Source: Steroidobacteraceae bacterium
Lineage (GTDB): Bacteria; Pseudomonadota; Gammaproteobacteria; Steroidobacterales; Steroidobacteraceae
Direction: 5' to 3'
Assembly: GCA_036494165.1 (NCBI GenBank)
Contig: DASXOQ010000084.1
Location: forward strand, 40,859-104,858
DNA: 64,000 nucleotides
Under the pieces are notes generated by a model. The model did not search any database. It saw only the letters and a list, made by a program, of their open reading frames with translations, and was not told the DNA's origin. Every line of letters begins with the position of its first letter. Position 1 is the stretch's first letter. A program made the position numbers and the translations under genes. This document shows, one piece after another, positions 17,307 through 24,209 of this stretch.

Positions 17307-18494
17307 ATGGACAAGCTAAGAGCACTTACGATCACCGCGGCCGCAGTGATTGGCGCGCTGACGTCCGCGGGTTCAGCCAGCGCTGCCGGCCCGACCGCCG
17401 ACCAGGCGACGCGCATGTACAACCGCATCGCCGGCGTGCCGCCAACCGCGCAGCAGCTGTCGAACATGATGGCGAGTTCGGATCTGGTCAACGCGGCGCT
17501 GATCGCCACCCAGGACCCCTCGTTCTACAACAACACCATCCGCAACATGGCGACGCCATGGACCAATCGCGATCAGACGGTGTTCGCTCCCTTGAACGAC
17601 TACACCGCCACGGTGGTCGGGATGGTGCGCGATGACGTTCCTTTCAATACGCTCCTGAGCGCCGACCTGGTCTACGTCGCCGACTCCGCAGCCGGGGTAC
17701 CGGCCTACTCACCGTCGAACAACGCCATGTACGACGCCATGGATTCAAAGAACGTCGATCTGAAGGCGCACCTGCAGTCGGCCACCCAGTCGACCCTGCA
17801 GGGTATCCCTTCGACGGCAACCGCCGGTGTCATGACCACGCGTGGCGCAGCGAGTGCTTTCTTCATCAACGGCACCAACCGGGCGATGTTCCGCTTCACC
17901 ATGCTGAATCATCTGTGCCATGACCTGCAGACCGTGATGGACATTACCCGACCGCCCGATCGCATCCGCCAGGACGTGACGCGCAGCCCCGGCGGCGTGT
18001 CCACGCTCTTCTTGAACAACTGCATCGGCTGCCACAGCGGCATGGATCCGATGGCGCAGGCCTTCGCCTATTACAATTTCAGCGCCACCGACGCGACCAT
18101 GACCGACACCACCGGCCAGATCGTGTACACCGCCGGCCAGACGCAGGCGAAATACCACATCAACAACCTGAACTTCCCGCAAGGGTTCAACACGCCGGAT
18201 GATGCGTGGGAGAACCGCTGGCGCGCCGGCCCCAACCAGCTGTTGGGCTGGAGCACCAACCCCAGCTACAAGGGCAGCGGCAATGGCGCGAAATCCCTCG
18301 GCCAGGAGCTCGAGAACTCCGAGGCGTTCGCCTCCTGCCAGGTCACCCGCGTGTTCAAACAAGTCTGCCTGCGTTCTCCGGCAAGCGCGCAGGACATTTC
18401 TCAAGTTGCCACCATGACCCAGTCGTTCCAGTCAGGCTATGTGCTGCGGCAGGTGTTTGCGCAAAGCGCGGCCTACTGTGCGACGAGTCTGTAG
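17307..18494 (+). CDS. Secreted protein with one CxxCH motif (Planctomycete-cytochrome PSCyt3/DUF1588-like block)
   Basis: GGAG lies 6 nt upstream of the ATG at 17307 (alternatives: GTG 17289, ATG 17295). Signal peptide MDKLRALTITAAAVIGALTSAGSASA. Motif FLNNCIGCHSGMDPMAQAF. Confidence 0.7.
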   Translation: MDKLRALTITAAAVIGALTSAGSASAAGPTADQATRMYNRIAGVPPTAQQLSNMMASSDLVNAALIATQDPSFYNNTIRNMATPWTNRDQTVFAPLNDYTATVVGMVRDDVPFNTLLSADLVYVADSAAGVPAYSPSNNAMYDAMDSKNVDLKAHLQSATQSTLQGIPSTATAGVMTTRGAASAFFINGTNRAMFRFTMLNHLCHDLQTVMDITRPPDRIRQDVTRSPGGVSTLFLNNCIGCHSGMDPMAQAFAYYNFSATDATMTDTTGQIVYTAGQTQAKYHINNLNFPQGFNTPDDAWENRWRAGPNQLLGWSTNPSYKGSGNGAKSLGQELENSEAFASCQVTRVFKQVCLRSPASAQDISQVATMTQSFQSGYVLRQVFAQSAAYCATSL

Positions 18495-18504
18495 GAACGT
18501 GACC

Positions 18505-21036
18505 ATGAACATGCACACGAGCACTAGACACATGATGAGCCACATGAAGTTCTCACGGATCGGAGCGCTGCTCGCGCTGGCAAGCACCCTGGTACTCAGC
18601 GCCTGCGGCGGCGGCGGTGCCCCCACCACCGCCAACGAAGTTGCCGGTACCGGCACCAGTTCGGTGAACGCTTACACCGGACCCGCGCCTGCCACGGCGG
18701 ACGTGCAGGCCTTCGAGGTGAACCTCTGGCAGAACATCCGCGGCCAGAACCGCTGCGGCGCCTGCCACAACGCGACCACCCCGGCGCAGATGCCGAACTT
18801 CGCGCGCTCGGACGATGTGAACCTTGCCTATGCGCAGGCGAACACCGTGGTCAACCTTCAGAATCCCTCGACCTCGTTGATGGTCACCAAGGTGGCCGGC
18901 GGTCACAACTGCTGGCTTGCGGACCCGTCTGCCTGCGGTCAGATCTTGACCACTTGGATCAGCAATTGGGCGGGCGCCACCGGCACCTCGTCCGCCACCA
19001 CGGTGCAGCTGGTCGCTCCGGTCGACACAACCGTCGGCCAGAGCCTGAACTTCCCGAACGACAACGGTGCGCTGTACGGCAGCACTATATATACGGTCAC
19101 CAGCCATTACTGCGTCGGCTGCCATACGCCCTCGTCGGCCACCGCGCAGTCGCCGTACTTCGCATCGCCCGACCTTCCCAACGCCTATCAGGCGGCCATC
19201 CCCAAGATCGATTTGTCGGGATGCGTGCCCTTCAATGCGACCACCTGCGGCACCAACTCGCGCTTCTATCAGCGCCTGCTCACCGACATGCATAACTGCT
19301 GGGACAACTGCGCGCAGGATGCCGCCATCATGCTCACGCAGATCCAGAATTTCGCCAAGGCGCTGACGCCCACCAACATCGACCCGTCGCTGGTGGTGAG
19401 CCGCCAGCTGCCCTTGAGCCAGGGCACCATCGCTTCGGGTGCGAACCGCTACGACGCGGATACGATCGCCAAGTACGAATTTCAGGAGATCGTCAATAAC
19501 ACCGCATTCGACACCAGCGGCGTCGACCCGTCTGCCGACCTGACTTTGAGCGGTTCAGTGACCCTTGCGGGAGGCTGGGGCGTGAACATCGGCGCCGGCG
19601 GCAAGCTGCAGGCCACCACCGCCGCGTCCGCCAAGATTTTCAACCAGATCCAGGCCACGGGCGAGTTCTCGGTCGAGGCATGGGTGGCCCCGGCCTTGGT
19701 CGCAGCCGACAAGTCCTACATGGTGAGCTACTCGGGCGGCGACACCACCCGAAACTTCACCCTGGGACAGACCAACCAGAACTACGACTTCATGGCGCGC
19801 AGCTCGGGCTCCGACCTGAACGGCATGCCGCAGCTCGCGACGCCCACCGCGGATACCGTCCTGCAGGCCTCGCTGCAGCACGTGGTGCTCACCTACGATC
19901 CGATCAACGGCCGCCAGATCTACGTCAATGGCGTCAACACCGGCGTCATGGACCCGCAGAAGGGCGGCACGATCTCCAACTGGGACAGCACCTTCGCGCT
20001 GGTCCTGGGCAACGAGGTATCGAGCGACCGCTCCTGGCAGGGCCTCATCAAGTTCGTGGCCATCCATAGCCGCGCGCTCACCCAGGCCCAGATCACGCAG
20101 AACTTCAACGCGGGCGTCGGCCAGCGCTACTACGTGCTGTTCGATGTCTCGGCGGTGACCGGCGTGAGCAAGGGCTACGTGATGTTCACCGTCAGCCAGT
20201 ACGACAGCTACAGCTACCTGTTCGACCAGCCGACCTTCGTATCGCTCGATTCGACGGTCACCTCGTCGAATCTGCCGAGCATCGCCATCAAGGGCATCCG
20301 CATCGGCTTGAACGGGCTGATTCCGCAGGTCGGCCAGGCCTACATCCCGCTCAACACCACCGTCACTGGGGCGAACTACAAGCCAACCGGCGAGGTGCTG
20401 TCGAACATCGGCACGGTCATCGGGCTGCAGAATGCCTCGACCGACACCTTCTTCCTGTCATTCGACCAGCTCGGCAGCCACACCCACGTGGTCACTGATC
20501 CGGTGCCGGCGCCTGAGGCACCGGTGGCTGGACCGACCGTGGCAGACGTCGGTGTGCGTTCCTTCGCCGAGGTGAATGCCACGCTCTCCATGCTGACGGG
20601 CGTGCCCAGCACCAACTCCGCGGTGAGCGCCACCTATCAAGCCGTGCAGCAGCAGCTGCCGGCGACCAACACCCTGGAGAGCTTCTCCTCCTCCAACCAG
20701 GTGGGTGTGGCGCAGCTGGCGATCCAGTACTGCAACGTGTCGGTCCAGAATGCGAGCTACGCCGCGGTCATGATGCCGGGAGTCACGGTGAGCGCCTCGA
20801 CACTGTCGAGTCCGGCGGGCGTCAGCCAGGTGACCAGTGCGCTCGCGGCACGGGTCTTGGGCAGCAGCCAGCAGGTGAACGTCCCTGCCGCTTCGACCAT
20901 CACCAACGAGCTCGGCACCCTGATCAACACTCTGTGCACGACCCAGGCCTGCTCGGGCAATCTGGCGCGCACCCAGTCGGTCATTGCCGCCGCGTGCGCC
21001 GCCAGTTTCGGCAGCGCCAACATGTTGATCAAGTAA
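18505..21036 (+). CDS. Lipoprotein with two CxxCH modules and a LamG (laminin-G/concanavalin-like) domain
   Basis: AGGAA RBS before the ATG at 18505. Lipobox LVLSAC. Haem motifs RCGACHN and YCVGCHT, each followed by an HNCW...C block. LamG-like region ...SLQHVVLTYDPINGRQIYVNGV...WQGLIKFVAIHSRALTQAQI. Confidence 0.75.
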   Translation: MNMHTSTRHMMSHMKFSRIGALLALASTLVLSACGGGGAPTTANEVAGTGTSSVNAYTGPAPATADVQAFEVNLWQNIRGQNRCGACHNATTPAQMPNFARSDDVNLAYAQANTVVNLQNPSTSLMVTKVAGGHNCWLADPSACGQILTTWISNWAGATGTSSATTVQLVAPVDTTVGQSLNFPNDNGALYGSTIYTVTSHYCVGCHTPSSATAQSPYFASPDLPNAYQAAIPKIDLSGCVPFNATTCGTNSRFYQRLLTDMHNCWDNCAQDAAIMLTQIQNFAKALTPTNIDPSLVVSRQLPLSQGTIASGANRYDADTIAKYEFQEIVNNTAFDTSGVDPSADLTLSGSVTLAGGWGVNIGAGGKLQATTAASAKIFNQIQATGEFSVEAWVAPALVAADKSYMVSYSGGDTTRNFTLGQTNQNYDFMARSSGSDLNGMPQLATPTADTVLQASLQHVVLTYDPINGRQIYVNGVNTGVMDPQKGGTISNWDSTFALVLGNEVSSDRSWQGLIKFVAIHSRALTQAQITQNFNAGVGQRYYVLFDVSAVTGVSKGYVMFTVSQYDSYSYLFDQPTFVSLDSTVTSSNLPSIAIKGIRIGLNGLIPQVGQAYIPLNTTVTGANYKPTGEVLSNIGTVIGLQNASTDTFFLSFDQLGSHTHVVTDPVPAPEAPVAGPTVADVGVRSFAEVNATLSMLTGVPSTNSAVSATYQAVQQQLPATNTLESFSSSNQVGVAQLAIQYCNVSVQNASYAAVMMPGVTVSASTLSSPAGVSQVTSALAARVLGSSQQVNVPAASTITNELGTLINTLCTTQACSGNLARTQSVIAAACAASFGSANMLIK

Positions 21037-21061
21037 GCAAAAGGATATTGAAGAGGTTCTT

Positions 21062-22678
21062 ATGCGTAGAAAGAAGCCAGCACCGGGACTGAACCAGCCC
21101 TTGTACCACTTGGGTCACTCGAAGCCGCGCTCTCGCCGGGAATTTCTCGCGCAGGGTTTTCTCACCGGTGCCGCCACCGTGGTGGGCCCCTCGCTCCTGG
21201 GCATGCTGGGCGTACCGAAGGAGGCCCAGGCTGCCTTGGCGCCCGACCTTCAGGCCCTGCTGCCGGGGTGTCAGATCACTACCGGTGCGGGCAAGATCCC
21301 CTTCATCTGCTTCGACCTCGCGGGAGGCGGCAATATCGCCGGCTCCAACGTGTTGGTCGGCGGTCCCAAGGGCCAGCTCGATTTTCTTTCGGTCGCGGGC
21401 TACAACAAGCTTGGACTGCCGGGCACCATGGTGCCGAACTCGAGCACCACCGGCAGCTTCGTCGATTCGAGCCTGGGCCTCCGCTACCATTCCGACAGCG
21501 CTCATCTTCGCGGCATCAAGGCACGCGCCAGCGCCGCCGCCATGGCCGGCACCAACGGCACCGTGATACCGGCGCTGTCGCAGAACGACACCAACACCAA
21601 CCCGCACAACCCGATGTACGCCATCTATCAGTATGGCGCGCGCGGTGCGCTGCTCAATCTGATCGGCTCCGACAACTCGCAGTCGGGCGGCAATTCCATG
21701 GCACCGCCCTCGATGGTGATCGCCGAGGCGATGCCCACCAAGGTGTCGAGTCCGGCGGACACCGCCGGTCTCGTCAGCACCGGACAGTTGGGCACGCTTC
21801 TGCCGAATGCCTCCGATGTAACCAGCGTCATGGAATCGATGAAGCGCATCAGCGACGCCAAGTACGGCAAGGTCACTGCCTACACCAGCGCCACCATGAA
21901 CTCAGCGGCGCTAGGCACCACCGGCATCGAGGCCTGCAGCTTCACAAAGGCGGCCTACATCGTCGACAAGTACAACGACCCGGGTTCGGTGAACCCGGCG
22001 CTCGATCCCAAGATCGTCGGTCCGAGCGGCATCTTCAGCACCGCGGAGTTCCAGAGCAACTCGGACTATCAGACCACCGCCTCCATCATGAAGCTGGTCA
22101 TCGACGGCAATGCGGCCGCCGGCACCATCGAGATGGGCGGCTTCGACTATCACACCGGCGATCGCTCCACGGGTGAAGCGAGGGACTTGAACCTCGGCAA
22201 CTGCATCGGCGCGGTGCTCGAGTACGCCAAGCGCGCCGGCAAACCGGTGATGATCTATGTGTTCACCGACGGTTCGCTTGCTTCCAGCGGCATGATCGAC
22301 AGCTCGGCCGGCGGGCGGGGCAAGGGCGTGTGGACCGCGGACAACCAAAGCGTGGCCGCCACCTACTTCTTGGTTTACAACCCGGCGGGCAAGGCGCAGA
22401 CGGCCATGAGCGGCATCGAGTCGAGCTTGCAGATCGGCAATTTCAACCCCGACGGTTCGCTCAACACCAACGGCAGCCCGGCGGGCAACAACGTGTTCAA
22501 CCTGGTGCAGATGGTGGTGCTCAACTACATCGCCCTGCACGAGGCGGATGCGGCGGATGTCTTCGCCAATCTCTATCCGCCGGCCATGCAGAACAACACG
22601 CTCGGCACCGGCTCCGCGCTTCAGTCGCTGATCGCCTGGCAGCCGCTCGCGGGCCTGGTGAACGGCAAGGTAATCTGA
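21062..22678 (+). CDS. Tat-exported DUF1501/DUF1552-like (alkaline-phosphatase/sulfatase-fold?) protein
   Basis: Twin-arginine motif SRREFLAQGFLTGAA. The block IEMGGFDYHTGD resembles the GG(W/F)DTH motif of DUF1501. It follows the CxxCH proteins, as in Planctomycete PSCyt/DUF1501 pairs. Confidence 0.6.
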   Translation: MRRKKPAPGLNQPLYHLGHSKPRSRREFLAQGFLTGAATVVGPSLLGMLGVPKEAQAALAPDLQALLPGCQITTGAGKIPFICFDLAGGGNIAGSNVLVGGPKGQLDFLSVAGYNKLGLPGTMVPNSSTTGSFVDSSLGLRYHSDSAHLRGIKARASAAAMAGTNGTVIPALSQNDTNTNPHNPMYAIYQYGARGALLNLIGSDNSQSGGNSMAPPSMVIAEAMPTKVSSPADTAGLVSTGQLGTLLPNASDVTSVMESMKRISDAKYGKVTAYTSATMNSAALGTTGIEACSFTKAAYIVDKYNDPGSVNPALDPKIVGPSGIFSTAEFQSNSDYQTTASIMKLVIDGNAAAGTIEMGGFDYHTGDRSTGEARDLNLGNCIGAVLEYAKRAGKPVMIYVFTDGSLASSGMIDSSAGGRGKGVWTADNQSVAATYFLVYNPAGKAQTAMSGIESSLQIGNFNPDGSLNTNGSPAGNNVFNLVQMVVLNYIALHEADAADVFANLYPPAMQNNTLGTGSALQSLIAWQPLAGLVNGKVI

Positions 22679-22684
22679 GCACGA

Positions 22685-22712
22685 CGCGCGTGCGACCTAA
22701 GTCGCACGCGCG
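22685..22712 (+). terminator. Intrinsic terminator hairpin after the DUF1501-like gene
   Basis: Perfect 12-bp stem cgcgcgtgcgac / gtcgcacgcgcg with a ctaa loop, starting 7 nt after the stop and followed by the T-rich attgtcttct. Confidence 0.7.
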
Positions 22713-22844
22713 ATTGTCTTCTCGTGCCGACACCTTGCGGCGAGCGATGCGCCCAGCTCCGCTGAGCGTCGCGGCAAGTGAATCAATATTTCACGAATGT
22801 GCGCCAAGTCATACTGGGACCTGGAAAAGGTACCCTTTGCCGCG

Positions 22845-22874
22845 TTGACACTGCGGCTTGCAGTGTGCGATTTT
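22845..22874 (+). promoter_or_regulatory. Candidate sigma70 promoter for the riboswitch-led operon
   Basis: Perfect -35 TTGACA (22845-22850), an 18-nt spacer, then an extended -10 TGcGATTTT (22866-22874). The predicted TSS at about 22881-22883 lies immediately 5' of the aptamer. Confidence 0.4.
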
Positions 22875-22883
22875 GCATAAGTC

Positions 22884-22965
22884 TGATCAGGGCAAACTCG
22901 CCGAAAGGCGAGGGCGCAAAGCTTCCGGTCTACGGGTCTTCCTAGGACAGCGGGGTTACCAGCGT
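22884..22965 (+). promoter_or_regulatory. c-di-GMP-I (GEMM-I) riboswitch aptamer
   Basis: GAUCAGGGCAAAC UCGCC GAAA GGCGA GGGCGCAAAGC UUCC GGUCUACGG GUCUU CCUAGGAC AGCGGGGUUACCAGC. All conserved blocks of the class-I aptamer, as recalled from V. cholerae Vc2, occur in the same order: AGGGCAAAC, a GAAA-capped first hairpin, GCGCAAAGC, a second hairpin, and AGCGGGGUUACC. Confidence 0.85.
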
Positions 22966-22977
22966 GATTGATGCATT

Positions 22978-23010
22978 GCTGCGCACCGGCGTCAGCGTAC
23001 GTTTCTTGGG
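22978..23010 (+). terminator. Candidate riboswitch expression-platform hairpin / attenuator
   Basis: Stem gctgcgc (22978-84) / gcgtcagc (22989-96): 7 bp with one bulge and an accg loop. The U-rich gtacgTTTCTTgggTTCTT follows. The 3' arm can alternatively pair with gacgcc (23017-22) next to the start codon. Confidence 0.4.
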
Positions 23011-23022
23011 TTCTTAGACGCC

Positions 23023-23538
23023 GTGAGACATCCCGGTATGCGTGGCCTATTGCTGACTGGCGTCATTTTGACGGGCGCGCTGTGCGCGACCGGCAGCGCC
23101 GCGCCGCCGTCGCTGCTTGGCAAGGAGGCGCCCGACTTCGCGCTGCGCGCCATGGACGGTCACAACGTTCGCCTCTCGGAATATCGCGGCGAAGTGGTGC
23201 TGGTGAATTTCTGGGCGCGTTGGGAAGGTGACTCGCGCCAGCAGATGCAGGCGCTCGATCACATCAACGTCACCTATCAGCGCGCCGGACTCGTGGTGCT
23301 CGGCATCTCGGTCGATGAGGATCAGCGTCGCGCACGCGAGTTCGCGACATCGATGGCGGTCTCCTATCCCATCCTGTTCGACACGGGAGCCACCATCGGC
23401 AAGGATTATCTGCTGCAAAAGATGCCGGTCACTTTACTGATCGACCGTTCGGGCGTCGTGCGCTATTCGGTTGTCGGCTACAAGCGCGGCGACGAGCAGG
23501 CTTATTTGGAACAAATCCGCGCACTGCTGCGGGAATAA
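23023..23538 (+). CDS. Secreted thioredoxin-fold (TlpA-like) protein lacking the CxxC active site
   Basis: Clear paralogue of 12391..12897, with VVLVNFWARWEGDSRQQM in place of VVMVNFWATWCGPCQQEM and a shared C-terminus (...GYKRGDEQAYLEQIRALLRE vs ...GYKPGDENEYQDRIRQLIRE). Signal peptide present. Start is GTG 23023 or ATG 23038. Confidence 0.8.
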   Translation: MRHPGMRGLLLTGVILTGALCATGSAAPPSLLGKEAPDFALRAMDGHNVRLSEYRGEVVLVNFWARWEGDSRQQMQALDHINVTYQRAGLVVLGISVDEDQRRAREFATSMAVSYPILFDTGATIGKDYLLQKMPVTLLIDRSGVVRYSVVGYKRGDEQAYLEQIRALLRE

Positions 23539-23552
23539 ACGTAGGTCTTTGT

Positions 23553-24206
23553 ATGAATTTCAATGTTCGAGTGACCGTTCTTCTTCTCAGCGCCGTGTTT
23601 GGGCTGAGTGCCGCCGCTCAACAGCCGGCACCGGCCACGCCGCAGACGCCGGCGCCCGCGACGCAGGCCCCGGCCGCTCCCGCCGATGCGCCGCCGCCCG
23701 CGGCGCAGGCCCCAACTGCTGATGCACCACCGCCCGCCGCCGATGCGCCATCCGGAGACACCAAGACGCTCGATCAGGAGGTACAGGGTCTCAAGAAGGA
23801 CGTCGTGGACCTCAACAAGGATCTCTTCGTCCTGCAGGAGGAACTGCTGTTCCCCGCCAACACGCAGGTTGCCGTCTACGTGTCCATGGACGTGGGCGCC
23901 TTCTTCGCGCTCGACTCGGTGCAGGTGAAGATCGACAACAAGGAAGTCAAGAACTACTTGTATACCGCCCGCGAGGCACAGGCGCTGCTGAAGGGCGGCG
24001 TGCAGCAGATTTACCTCGGCAACGTCAAAGTCGGCAAGCACGAGCTGGTGGCGTTTTTCACCGGCAAGGGACCCGCCGAGCGCGACTACAAGCGCGGCGC
24101 CACCATAACTTTCGAGAAAGGCGTGGGGGCCAAGTATCTGGAACTCAAGATCACGGATCGTGTTCCCAAACACCAGCCCGAGTTTTTGATCAAAGATTGG
24201 GAATGA
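23553..24206 (+). CDS. Secreted Pro/Ala-rich + coiled-coil + beta-rich domain protein, function unknown
   Basis: Signal peptide MNFNVRVTVLLLSAVFGLSAAA. PA-rich repeats (ADAPPPAA x2), a short coiled coil (LDQEVQGLKKDVVDLNKDLFVLQEEL), then a beta-rich C-terminal domain. Confidence 0.7.
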   Translation: MNFNVRVTVLLLSAVFGLSAAAQQPAPATPQTPAPATQAPAAPADAPPPAAQAPTADAPPPAADAPSGDTKTLDQEVQGLKKDVVDLNKDLFVLQEELLFPANTQVAVYVSMDVGAFFALDSVQVKIDNKEVKNYLYTAREAQALLKGGVQQIYLGNVKVGKHELVAFFTGKGPAERDYKRGATITFEKGVGAKYLELKITDRVPKHQPEFLIKDWE

Positions 24207-24209
24207 TGC

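Noticed and set aside
22778-22794. Possible CRP/Clp-type site (GTGA...TCAC)
   Set aside because: The half-site spacing is 9 nt rather than the 6 nt of TGTGA-N6-TCACA. It is kept only as an unassigned palindrome in the findings.
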